The notes below the pieces were generated by a model, which had not been told where the DNA came from, searched no databases, and saw only the letters and a list, made by a program, of their open reading frames with translations. 64,000 bases of DNA from the NCBI GenBank assembly GCA_038087875.1, contig CM075988.1, positions 19,718,001-19,782,000 on the forward strand, in the 5' to 3' direction. Positions 36,931 through 49,455 of this stretch are shown one piece after another; position 1 is the stretch's first letter, and every line of letters starts with the position of its first letter. This DNA is from Malacoraja senta (lineage: Eukaryota). The translations under genes and the position numbers were made by a program.

Positions 36931-37985
36931 CACCAGCCAGAGAAACACCCCCTCCACAACTATCCTTCCTCCCACCCATGCAAGAATTCTGAAGATGGGT
37001 CCTGACCCAAAACATCACCTATTCATGTTCTCCAACGATGCTGCCCTGAGTTATTCCAGCATTTTGTGTATTTCCTAGATAGTCCAGCATCAGCAGTTTC
37101 TTGTTTCTACCCTACGATCAAGCCATGAAATGTAACAAGAAACATCTTCAAAGCAAAGCTTTACTTTGATCAATGGAATATCATTTTATCACAAGGAATA
37201 ACTAACGATGAGGGAGTTGTTGGTGCTTATTTTAACAGCAATTCATTGCACATACAGATGGGTAAACCATCAATCACTTTGATGGGCAGCCCCCCAAACC
37301 TCTTTGGTGACACCAGGCAAGTGACAAGGTGACATTAGTCAGCCTGCTCGCTGATGTCTGGGGAAGGGCAGAGGACCTGAAGACTGACCTCAATTTGTTG
37401 TAAATACATAGCAGTCAGCAACTGGGAAACAGCTGAAGATTTATTTGAATGTGTGCAGCCTCTGCTAAACAATAGCAAGCTGGAGAGTGGATGGACAACA
37501 AAGGAACGCTGCACAAGGCACCGGCTCCCTCTTAAGAAAACACAACAACCCTTCAGATGCCACTCAGCTGAAGGTTGGCGAGTATGCAGATTTAATTTTT
37601 ATTGGTCTTACTAATCATTCAAAACTCTCAGCCTTTTCAATTGACCTTTAATTGCAGATGCTTCCAGCCTGAGTGCAGAGTGACAGCATGAAGGAACACA
37701 GGCTTTTTCAGCTCTTGAGACTAGATTTGAATTATTGCCAATGAAGGGAAAATAACAATAGGGCTCTCAGCTGGCTGCTCTTGGGTGCAGCTAAATAAAT
37801 AATAATGTTCATCATGGGAATATATCCATACTTCGGCATGCTAATTGGCATTAGTTCATTAATCTTACCATGAAAAGGCAATCCAAAAATAAGTTTCAAG
37901 AAAGGGCATTGTGTCATAAGTGCAGCAGTGTAGATCAAACAGTGCACAATTATCAACTGTTGTTGGAACCATCAAAGTACTTTAG

Positions 37986-38266
37986 AGGTGGTGCAGTAGT
38001 AGAGTTTCTGCCTTACAGCGCCAGAGACCCGGGTTCGAACTTGACAACCGGTGCTGTCTGCACAGAGTTTGCACGTTCTCTCCACGACCGCGTGGACTTT
38101 CCCAGGGTGTTCCTGTTTCCTCACGCTCCACAAACGTACACATTTGTATGTTAATTTAGCTTCAATAAAAATTGTAAATTGTCCCTAGTGTACAGGAATC
38201 GCTGGTCGACGCGGACTAGGTAGGTCGAAAGGGCTGTCTCCGCCCTGTATCTCTGAACTAAACTAA
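37986..38266 (+). mobile_element. V-SINE (HE1-like)
   Basis: gccttacagcgccagagacccgggttcga...gagtttgcacgttctc...aactaaactaaa. Confidence 0.85.
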
Positions 38267-38384
38267 AGTTGCATGAAACATATATCAGAATTTTTCTTCA
38301 TCATTGGATATAAAGTTATTATTTGAATCAATTATCTGCAAATATCGAATTAAACTCTGTACAAAACAACCAAATAAAAATGCA

Positions 38385-39850
38385 TGGAGATACAAGGGAC
38401 TGCAGATGCTGGAATCTGGAGCACAAATCCAACGGCTGGAAGTACTCAACAGGTTAAGCAGCATTTGGGGTAGCAAAGAGAGAGTCCACGTTTCAGTTTG
38501 AGTCCCTACATTAGGACCGAGGCTGCAGAGGGAAGATAGCAGGTATAAGGAGATGAGAGGGAGGGGTGAGACTGGGGCTGGTGAATGATAGGTGGAAACA
38601 GTTGGGGGTCAATGGGAAGATGGTGACATGTGGAGGAGGGGGGGGGGGGGGAGAAATTTAGAGACAGGCTAAGCCACAAAGTGTTGGGGTAACTCAGCAG
38701 GTCAGGTAGCATCTCTGGAGATCATGGACAGATGATGTTTCAGGTTGGGACCCTTCTTCACACTGATATAGGGGGGAGAAAGCTAGAAGAGGGGTGGGGC
38801 AGGACAAAGCCTAGCAGTTAATAGACTGATATCAGCGAGCGGCTTTTTTTGATAGACATGATGGACCAACGGCAGAAATGAAAAGACAGAGGTGTGAGAC
38901 AAAAGGATTGAAGAGTGTGAATTGTGAAGGTAGAGGTTGGAATGTAGGTGGAAGAGGCTGATGGAAACAGGTAAGTAGGGGATGATGGGCAGATGGAACT
39001 AGATAGTGGGGAGGATAGGAATGGTGAACAATGGGAGAAGAAAGGTACACAAAAATGCTGGAGAAACTCAGCGGGTGCAGCAGCATCTATGGAGCGAAGG
39101 AAATAGGCAATGTTTCGGGCCGAAACCCTTCTTCAGACAATGGGAGAAGAAATCCAGGTGGATAGGTGTGTGGGTGATAGACTGATGGAACCAGGTAAGA
39201 AGGTAACAAAGTTAGGTAATGTTAAGGAGGGAATGGAAAAGGTGAACAAAGAAAGCAAGAACCATGTGAACCATAGATAGGATTTGTAATAGGATATGGA
39301 GGTGGGGTTACCTTAAAGTTGGAAATTCAATGTTTATGCTATTGGGTTGTAGACCGCCCAATTGAACGGTAAGGTGTTGTTCTTCTAGTTTGCAGAGAGC
39401 AGTGCTGAACTACCATCTATCTCTTTGGTGACCCTGGGACGATCCTTGACTGGATTTTGCTGGCTTTACCTTATACTAAACGTAATTCCCTTATCATGCA
39501 TCTATACACTGTAAATGGCTCGATTGGAGTCATGCATTGTCTAACGACTGACTGGTTAGCACGCAACAAAAGCTCTTCACTGTACCTCAGTGCACGTGAC
39601 AATAAACTAAACTGAACTGTTGGTCTCACAGTGACATTTGGGAATGCCGTGGAGTCAGGTCGTAGAAGGAATGGGAAGGAGGTTTAAATGACGTACAACT
39701 GGAACCTCGAGATTGCTATTGGGGACAGAGTGCTCACGTCAGCTAAATGGTTGCCTCGTCGATGCTCGGGCTTGTCGACATAGGGGAAGCCACATTGATA
39801 GCACCGAATGCAGTAGACGAGGTCAGGAGAGATACTTAATGGACCTCCAA
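38385..39850 (-). mobile_element. Composite decayed Penelope (Neptune-type) element including the GIY-YIG endonuclease N-terminus
   Basis: ORF 39684..39938 DLVYCIRCYQCGFPYVDK (GIY-YIG with CxxC); C-terminal piece at 39310-39390; terminal repeats at 38385-38500 and 38670-38765; Rex tail nested at 39405-39620. Confidence 0.8.
39044..39136 (-). mobile_element. 93-bp Penelope-derived mini-insertion with hammerhead-like core
   Basis: Perfect 16-bp TSD acaatgggagaagaaa (39028-43, 39137-52); rc begins exactly CTGAAGAAGGGTTTCGGCCCGAAACATT. Confidence 0.88.
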
Positions 39851-42800
39851 CCCTAATGCACATGTACAGGATGGTTTTCTTTAGCAAGAAATCACAACCC
39901 CAGTGAAAAGCTATTTTCAAGCAAGGACTCAAAGACAAACAGAATATGATGGAAAAAGAACAGGCAGGCAGCTTCTGTGGAAAGAAAGCATTTTCTGGGT
40001 TTTATTTCAGATTTCCAGCATTTGCAGTTTGATTTTTCAAAGAGTCAGATTTTGTTTGACAGCTGACCTCAAAGTTCCAATTACTTTTCCCAATGGCCAC
40101 TGTCAAACGAATCCTTTGCCAAGTATTAGCCCGAGCCTCAAGGAGCTGCCAATGTTCGTAAAATATTGTGATAAACAGCTCACCTGCTCGCAAACTATAA
40201 TTCTTTTTTACATTTAAAATATTTCCAGAATTCACAGTAATGATCGTAAAAAGCTTGTACAATTAAGATGGAATCTGGTATATCTTAATTAATATATTTT
40301 AAAATATTCTTGTATTTTTAAATATTCTTATATTTTGAAATCCTTTCCTGATGGTTTATTTATTTGAGGAAGACACAATGCAGACAAAATTCACGGGTCA
40401 GCTTCGGATAATTAGTTGGGCAGTAAATTATATTTTATAACACATTAATTAATGCCCGATGAAATCATGTATTTTGTAGTGAGACTAATTCATAAATGCC
40501 TGAAATTCAGATCAGTGACTTCTCGGAACTGCAAGCAAATGCAATGGACATTTTCAAGATCATTGACAGCAGCATAAGGATTGTGTTGAACTACGCATAA
40601 ATGATAACCCCAAAGTTACTAACGGTTTCATTGAATAAAAATATGATCACAGTTCATAACCACAGCTATTATGTGTCACGTAACTCTGGAACATAGAACA
40701 GTACATCAGAGGAACTGGCCCACAAGTCCATACTGAACATGATGCCAATTTAACTAATCTCCTCTGTCTGCAGAGATCCGTATCCCTTCATTCCCTATGT
40801 ATCCAAGTGCCTTTCCACAAGCTACTTAAATGTCCCAATCCTATCTGCCTCCACCACCACCCCCGGCATCACCCACCACTCTCTGTGTACAAATTCCCCT
40901 CTCACCTTGAGGCTCTGCCTTCTCTAGTCTTTGACATTTCCACCCTGGGAGAAAGAATCTACCTGTCTAGAATCATTGCGTCTTTGTAATTTCTGAAATT
41001 GTGTATTAAAAGCCAGACATCTTTCTCCATAATCAACTTGGGTTCTAATCTGAAACAGATTAGAGTTATATCCGACCATTCATCGCTAATACAGAGGTGC
41101 ACATATATCGGCAAAATTAGTTCATCACACTACAGTGAGTGGAACTATTACAAGGAGTGTTTGAAAAAGGTGCAGAAAGGTCAATGAAGGTGAGCTATTA
41201 TTAAGATTATCAGAGTTATGATAACTCCTTCACAATAATCTACTCACATTTGGCACTTCATGTAGCAGTAATCTAATTATTAACAAAATACCTCACCCTC
41301 AAATGCATCACATTGGAAATTCTTCAAGTACACGTTAGACCTGTGATATGAGCTTCTAACATTCCTGCAAATGTGTAGTTTGTTGTCAGGTTTGTTATTT
41401 GTAAGAATTCTTTTCACTAATTTGCCGGGCAATCAGTGCGATGAGGTCCCAGCTTGGAATTGATAGGGAAACCACATGAACTAATGTCTGACAGTAACAG
41501 CTATTGGAAAAGGTTGCAGCATTTTTAGGGAACTGCAATTATTGAGGTCAGCCAACATCGGAGTCCTTTATTGACAATGGTATATGCTGGAGTTGTGATT
41601 CCTTTTCACACCAAGTACATTGAGGTTTGGTTTAGCAACTTATACAATAAACCACACATATACAATATAATACAAAGTACAAAGTGCTGGAGTAAATCAG
41701 CGGCTCTGTGAAGGGAATAGACACGCAATGTTTTGTGTCCAGACCGCTCAGGACCTTCCCTCAGTCAAATACCAGAGACACAAGATACCCCAGACCCCAG
41801 TGTGAAGAAGGGTCCAATCCTGAAACATCATTTGTCCATTTTCTCCACTTACATTGCCTGATATGCTGAGTTACTCCAGCACTTTGTGTTTTGCTCATGA
41901 TTCCAGTATCTGCAGCCTCTTGTGTCTCTACAATACAAAACACTGGCGGCAAAACCACCACATCACCCCAACTTCCAGGCACATACTGCTTTGACGTAAT
42001 CTTTGCCTATTCACTTAACTGCTTTTAATTGTGGTAGATTATTCAACCCACAATCAAATGCCAGGTGCAGTTTTCAATAATGTGCTGCTTTCAAGGGTGA
42101 TGATTTTATTTAAAATGTCACCTTCCATGAAGAAATGGTTATTATGCTGTCTTAAATATTATTTTTGTGGTTTCTGCAAACAGGTTTTGTATTCTAGGGA
42201 TGCGATAGAACTACAGCTCAAGGAAACTAATTGGTAAATGCAACTTCACATATATACTTTGTTAATAAAAGTAGTGTACCAAATAGTGTCAAAATATAAA
42301 TATACATGAGAAACCTCTTGAGTGAAGATAATAGATTTTGAAATAAATTAACTTTATTGAAATGCAAACTAATACTGGGGAATATGGAAGTTACTGGAGA
42401 AAAATCCACATTGAATTCGAAGAGTTAGATCTGCAAAATATGATTTATGTACCAGTTTCAAAACATTGCTCAATGCATATTAGTATGAATAGATTAGAGG
42501 CACATTTAAATTTGCAGAAGATGCAAAAGTGTGCAGAATAGAAGTGACAATAAAAAAAGGCTGAATACCTAAAGGTAAGAATTGGCAAGTAGACTTCAGT
42601 GCGAAGTAATGCAAATAGGATTCGGCACCATTAATCTGGCGTGCAAAATGTGAGGAAACATGTACAATGAAAATACAAATGAGAAAGACTGATGGTGAAA
42701 CTTGATAGTTTATTACAATTCTACCCATTATGTAAGGCGCAGTACGAACGAAGGAAGCGAAACACTAAAGGCTATAGCAAGGGATGGAAAAGGCTGAAGA

Positions 42801-43214
42801 GGGTAATTGAGGCTCTCGTCAGGAAAAATATGGAGGTGTGGGTCAGGTATAGGCATCTGGGATCAAATCTATCTCTGGAGAAATTTAGAGGATTGAGAAG
42901 TATGCTTAAGAAGAAAATCAGGAGGGCAAATGGGGTGCATGAGATAGCTCTGGCAGTTAAGATTATGGAGAATACAAAGAGATTTAAGTATATTAATATT
43001 AAAGGGAAAAGGGTAAAATAGGGCCCCTCAGAAACCAAAGTTTCTATGAATGAAATGAGTGAATTAAATTTGTTCTGATTACATTAAACAGAAAAAGTAA
43101 TCATCATTGCATGTGGATATTCATCGTTGTAAAATACTGACCTTACAAATAAGGTGTAGGAAGGAAATGCAGATGCTGGTTTTATCCAAAGATAGACACA
43201 AAAAGCTGGAGTAA

Positions 43215-43785
43215 AGGGCCTGTCCCACGAGCATGTGACTGCATGCGACTAGCGCGACCTAACGTGGTCGCGCTAGCCGTGCGGCCTCGCGGGGCCGGTC
43301 CCACTTTGATCGCCGGAGCCGCGTGGAGTTGTGCGGAGCTGGTCCCGACATCGCGCTCCGAAAAACTGACAGTGTTCAAAAATTCCGCGCGGCAAAGGCC
43401 TGTTGGCCCGCTGCCGCATGGAGGCCGCATGGAGGCCGCACGCACCGACTCGACGCCGCACCCACCGCCTCGAAGCCGTACGCAGCGTCTTCACAGTGCG
43501 CAGCGTCTTGATGGCGTACACCTAGCGCGTGGCGTTGCGCGATGACGTCACCACCCGGCGTGCCATTGCGTGATGACGTTACGGCCCGACGCCGTGCGAC
43601 GTCCAAATTCAGTCGGCCCGCCTCCTGCCCAGCTGATTGGTGAGTATGATGTCGGGACCAGCTCCGCACAACTCCATACGGCTCCGCAGTTGGAAGTGAG
43701 ACCGGACCCGCGAGGCCGTACGCCTCAAGCCACCACGTTTGGTCACGCTAGACGCATGTAATCGCATGCTCGTGGGACAGGCCCT
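43215..43785. mobile_element. PIF/Harbinger-type MITE, CpG-rich
   Basis: Perfect agggcctgtcccacgagcatg TIRs; TAA TSD; removal restores ggagtaactcagc, seen intact in other Penelope copies (e.g. 7815). Confidence 0.93.
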
Positions 43786-43829
43786 TAACTCAGCAGACCA
43801 GACAGCATATCCAAAGAAAAAGAATAGGT

Positions 43830-43857
43830 GACGTTTCGGATTGTGACCCTTCTTCAG
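43830..43857 (-). ncRNA. Minimal hammerhead ribozyme-like core with intact GAAAC-GTC
   Basis: rc reads CTGAAGA-a-GGGT(caca)ATCC-GAAAC-GTC; helix I weak (2 bp). Confidence 0.55.
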
Positions 43858-44689
43858 ACTGAGAGTCAGAGGAAAGGGAAATGAGAGATATAGATGGTGA
43901 TGTAGAGAGATATAGAACAGAGGAATGGAAGATATGCAAAAAAGTATCGATGATAAAAGAAACGGGCCATTGTTAGCTGTTTGCTAGGTGTGAACGAGTA
44001 CAGACAATGAGACTCAACAAGATGACCTTGAAGCTGGTACGACTTGGGTCGGAGAGGGATGGAGAGAGAGGGAATGCAGGTGTTACTTGAAGTTGGAGGA
44101 ATCAATATTAATACCACTGGGTTGTAAGCTGAGCTAGCAAAATATGAGATGCTGTTCCTCCAATTTGCATTTAGCCTCACACTGACAATGGAGGAGGCCT
44201 TTTGTGTCTATTTTGCTCTGACAATGGGGAAGGCTTTTTGTGTCTATCTTACAAATAAGATGCTCATTATGGAAATGACATGACTTTCATCTTCATTGCT
44301 ATCCATTTCTATCATGGGTTCTTACCCACAACACCAGTTAGATGTCCAGAAGACAAAATAAAATCTATCCCAATGCCTCATCGGAAATAAGATCTGATTT
44401 TATTTAATATATTGACAATCAAACTAGTGAAAATCAAACTAGATTCATTTGGAATTTTAATTTTTATGGAAAGGAGGACATCATGCTCTTCTGAAGCCTG
44501 TGGGTCCTTAAACTGCCAAGAAAGTTTTTATTGCCAGTCTCCGTGGATTAGTTGTCTGCTCTACTCTGTCAAATACCCGTTGAAATGCTGTGAAAAATGT
44601 ACTGGTGAAATTCCAATTTGGCTCTGATAACTACATAATGCTCAATACACCCATCGTGTACTCTTTGCCAATTCTTGTAAACAACATTC

Positions 44690-45080
44690 GTCTGAAAAAC
44701 ATGCGTAATCGACTGCGAGACCTGACCGTCACCGAGGCTCCCATTGCTGCCGAGGCCCACGTTGCTGCCGAGGCCCCGCTGCCACCGAGGCTACCACTGC
44801 CACTGAGGCTACTGCTGCCGCCGAAGCACCCGCTGCCGCCAAGCCTCCTGCTGCTGCTACTGCCAAGGCTTACATCGCCGCCACCTCTGAGGCTCCTTCG
44901 GCCCAGACAGGCCTCGCCGCCCAACTTCAGCACAGTCCCCTGGGAGGCCTGTAGGGCGCAGCGGGCCTACCGGAGCGCGTTCCAGTCGTTACTTGTCATT
45001 CTGGTGGCCGGTAGCGCGGTTGTTCGGCGGAAACCTCCCGCCGCGCACGGGGCTCCCCGGATGTATGGTATAGAACTATT
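44690..45080. repeat. Unclassified GC/CpG-rich insertion with degenerate ~18-bp tandem repeats
   Basis: About 8 units of gc(t/c)gccgaggc.cc at 44730-44900; abrupt return to AT-rich DNA after tatggtatagaactatt. Confidence 0.6.
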
Positions 45081-46018
45081 TCTACAGTTAAAGATGAAGT
45101 AAAACTATCGATTTCCCCCCAAAAGCGAAAGTTCCTCTCTTGCAAAGATAACAGCCATCCACATCACACATCATGCTCCCACAGGTGCGAGAGGTGGAGT
45201 TTTGCAAACCGTGGTGAAGTTGCAGCAGTGAAAGCAGTCTAATCTCAAAGGGTTGAACTTCATCCACATGTTATTGATATGGTCTTATTATTTTCTCGTG
45301 TACTGAGATACAGTGAAATGCTTGCAGTGGTAAGGGTTGGGCAAAGCCTGGCAAATGATAGGTGAATACAAATGTGGGGGTGGCGATTGATAGTTGCATG
45401 GAGTTAGTGACAAAGGCTAGAGCACTTACTGTCCCTACAGCACTTTGTGTTTTGCTCATGGTTACAGCATTCCCAAAGATTCCAGTTTATTGTGCCTTAA
45501 TTATAAAGGGAGCTACATGCAGTGAGCCTCCCTCGATAGCCTGCACATTGACTAATTCCCCCATAATTTGTAGCTGTGGCCATATTTCAGAAAGTCATGA
45601 TTCAGCTCCCTAAAACAGGAGATATGGGGAGAAGGCAGGGACGGGGTACTGATTGTGGATGATCAGCCATGATCACATTGAATGGCGGTGCTGGCTCGAG
45701 GGGCCGAATGGCCTACTCCTGCACCTATTGTCTATTGACATTGTTTCTGCTGGATTTGTAGTAGTGTTGTGCAGTTGCCGTTGCCCCATTACACGAAGGA
45801 TGTGTCGGCATTGGAGTGGGTGCCCAATGCTGCCTGCATTACGGAATGTTAGCTACAAGGAAAGATTGGACAGATTTGGATTATTTCCTCTGCAGTGCCA
45901 GGGGATGAAGGGAGACCTGATAGACATGGAAAATTATGAGAGGCATAGATAGGGTGGAGAGTCAGGACTTTTTTTCCCAGGGTGGAAACATAGAAAACTA
46001 GAGGGCATTAGTTTAAGG

Positions 46019-46589
46019 CACCCAAAGAAGTTAAGATCCAAGCATATAAAATCCGTGTATGTCCACATGTTGAATATTGCTGCACCGTGTGGGATCCTTT
46101 CACTCAAGGGAACATCAATAAGATCCAGGCAGTGCAAAACATAGCAGCAAGGTTCATATCTAACAACTACAAGTGGCAGAGCTCAGTCTCCAGCATGATA
46201 AGGGACCTTAAACTTCATCCACCTACTACTCGTCGCAAGTTCATCAGACTGACAACATTCCACAAGATCAAGAATACGACTATTGATTTACAGAGGACCA
46301 CATCCAGTTAATCCAAGCACCCATAGACATGTCAACCAGAAGCTACCAACCTGGAAATTATTTCATTCCGCACGGCACTTCATTAGCTCTTTCTAACTCG
46401 TTTTTCTTCAAGACAGCAAGGGATTGGAATACCCTACCAGCCAGCATCAGAGATCTCCAAAACATCAAGACATACAAAGATGCAACTCCAAAAGCATCTC
46501 CATCTCGACTAGCATGTCCACCCCATCATGGTGCTGAGTGATGCTCCACCTAGAGCTTTTCAGCGTATTACATCCAGATCCAGATCCAG
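46019..46589 (+). mobile_element. RTE-X-like LINE 3' fragment nested in a CR1
   Basis: PKEVKIQAYK...VEYCCTVWDPFTQGNINKIQAVQNIAARFISNNY...SSVSSMIRDL...SFFFKTARDWNTLP; (atccag)3 tail; AAGG duplicated (46015-18, 46590-93). Confidence 0.7.
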
Positions 46590-48779
46590 AAGGTGAGAGG
46601 CAGAACGTTTAAAGGAGCTGTGCGGGGCAAGTTAGCACACTGTTCCTGCACTGTATCTCTAAACTTAAACCAAACGAGGGTGGTGAGTGCCTATAACATA
46701 CTGCTGGGGGCAGTGGCAAAAGCAAATACAACAGTGGCTTTTATAAAGCCTTTCAATGGGCACAGGGATATGCAGGGACTAGAGGCATTTGGATCACATT
46801 CAGGCAGAAGAGATTAGTTTATCTTGTTCGGAACAGACATTGTGGGCTGAAGGGTCTGTTCCTGGGCTGCACTGTTCTATGCTCTATGTGCTGCCTCATC
46901 ACAGTTAACTGAATGCAGGACAGGCTTCACTTGCAACAAAAGCGTTGACATTAAGATATTTTTTAATCCTAAGGAAAAATATAACAGTCGTCATGACCTA
47001 TGAAAGTGAGGCATTTGATCTCATTCCACGATCTGGTGAGAAAGTACAAGAATTTTAGAGCCTTGCTTAAATGTTACAAAGATAATACTTGCTATTGTTC
47101 TTAAAGGTCACTTTTCATCATTTCCCAGCATGTATTCTCTTTACTTTTCAACTGACGCCAAAGTTTCCCAACAACAGGAAAGGTTTGTAAAAGTAAGTCA
47201 TAATTTCATTTTTTACAGACTCCTATATCAACATGGATACACAAGATCCAGCAGGTGCTAGATTCTGGAGCAAAACACAAGGTGTTGCAAGAACTCAGGC
47301 ATCATCTGTGGAGGGGGGAAGGAATTGCCGACGTTTCGTGTTGAGACCTTAGAAGTCAACTATTCATTCCCACCCCCGCTTTTTGTTCCTTTCTCATTGT
47401 GTTCCACGGGAAGGGAATCTCTTGGGACCTCTGCTTCATTTCTGCCCCTATCATAACAAAGGCTAGTTTAAAAATTCAACCGTGATCCAGATATTGATCC
47501 AGAGTTACATATGGATCAGATCAGGAAAACACAACAGTTTTCTTCCCTTAAGGACATGAATTAATTAGTTAACTTTTTACAATGAAAATACAGTAGTTTG
47601 AAGTCACCACTACAATCTTGGTAGTAGTATTGTCACATTTACTAAGATACAATGAAAATACCAGAGTGTAAAAATCTATCTCTTAGCAATGTAGCGTGAC
47701 AATTCCAGAGAAAAAAGGCTAATGTGGGCAGTGAGATGTTTTGAACGCCATCCTGCCAAATCACACTATGCATGAGTACAGTTAAGCCATGCATGGACAA
47801 CAGGTAGTGCAAAGAGAAAAATACCAGAGTGCAGAATATAGTATTGCAGCATTATAGCATTAAAATCACAGAGAAAAGTTCAAGCTCCACAATGGGGTAG
47901 ATTGGAAAATCGGGAATACATCCTCGTTTATGAGAGGTCCGTTCAGTAGTCTGATTACAGCGGGACAGAAGCTGATCCTGAATCTGGTGATACATACTTT
48001 CAACCTTTTTTAACTTCTTCCCACCGAGAGAAGGGAGAAGAGGGAATGACCTGGAAGAGTGACCTTCTTTATTCCGGCTGTATTTATATTCCCCATTGCC
48101 ATAGTGAGACTTGAATGCATGACCCGGGAACATTGATTGGAGCCTTTGCTTTCGTGATCAGATTCAAGTTGGTACTTCTTTTTCCTGGATTAATTCCAGT
48201 GACAATCAGTGGGCCCTTATCGTCTGAACAAAGAATTGGCGCCATAAACTTTAAACAGGAGCCTATTCCCCACATGGAATAGGATCAGGCATGGACATCC
48301 TTTGTCTGGAGAAGTCAGACTGTGGCTTGTTGGCAGCAGGTGGATCTGTCAGATTGATCATAATCTGACTTCAACAGAACTCATCTTTTCAATTCTTCAC
48401 CAAAATCGCTGCTGGGGCCCAGAATGTAATTCCTGTCTGTGGTTCCAGAATTAGTTGCTTTAGGTTTAGGTTTATTATTGTCACGTGTACTGAGGTACGG
48501 TGAAAAGATTGTTTGCGTGCTACCCAATCAGATCAGATAATCCTATACAGCAATACAATCAGGCCTAACTCAAGTAAAATAGGCAGAGTAAAGAGAAAAA
48601 TACCAGAGAATGTAGTGTGACAATTCCAGAGAAAAAAGGCTAATGTGGGCAGTGAGATGGTTTCAGTGGGTGGTCAAGAGTCAACCACTCTCTGTCTTTG
48701 GTGACAGACTGAGCTGGAGCCTGGAGCTCTGTCTAAACAGATTGGCAGACAGGGTATGGATGGCAAATTCACTCCCATA

Positions 48780-49455
48780 GAGTCATAAAGTCCTTCAGCC
48801 CAGCTTGACCTAGGTGCCCCAACTACACTAGTTCCACCTGCCCTCGTTTGGCTCATATCCTTCTCAACCTTTCCTATCCATGAACCTGTCCTAATGCCTT
48901 TTAAATGTTGTTATAGTTTCTGCCCCAACTATCTCCACCAGTTGCTCATTCCATATATCCACTTCCCACTATGTGAAAAAGTTGCACCTTAGTTTCCTAT
49001 TAAATCTTTCCCCTCTCACCTTAAACCTATGTCCTCTGGTTCTTGATTTCTCTACTCTGGATAAAAGGCTCTGTTCATCAACCCTATCTATTCTCCCCAT
49101 GGTAATATACACCTCTACAAGATATTCTCTCATCCTCCTGCACTCCAAGGAATAAGGAACCATCCTATCACCAACTAAAGAGTGGTCCTGACCTATCATC
49201 TATCTCATCGGAGACCCTCGGACTATCCTTAATCAGACGTTACTGGACTTTATCTTGCAATAAACGTTATTCCATTTATCCTGCATCTGTACACTGTAGA
49301 CAGCTTGATTGTAATCATGTATAGTCTTTCCACCGACTGGATAGCACGCAACAAAAAGGCTTTTCACTGTAGCTCGGTACATGTGACAATAAACTAAACT
49401 AAACTAAAGTCCTAGTCTGCCCAACCTCTCCCAACCTAGCTCAGCTCCTCAAGTC
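48780..49455 (-). mobile_element. CR1 3' fragment with a nested plus-strand Rex-type tail (~49155-49407)
   Basis: ORF 48969..49199 YSLECRRMREYLVEVY...SRTRGHRFKVRGERF. Confidence 0.8.

Larger units (their letters stand above)
43154..44247 (-). mobile_element. 5'-truncated Penelope-like element (contains the MITE at 43215-43785)
   Basis: rc of 44082-44195 LLHCQCEAKCKLEEQHLIFC*LSLQPSGINIDSSNFK; 12-bp TSD cttacaaataag (43142-53, 44248-59). Confidence 0.87.

Noticed and set aside
43182..43761. Several overlapping Arg/Ala-rich ORFs suggesting a transposase
   Set aside because: Stop-poor GC-rich MITE interior; no DDE or Myb motifs
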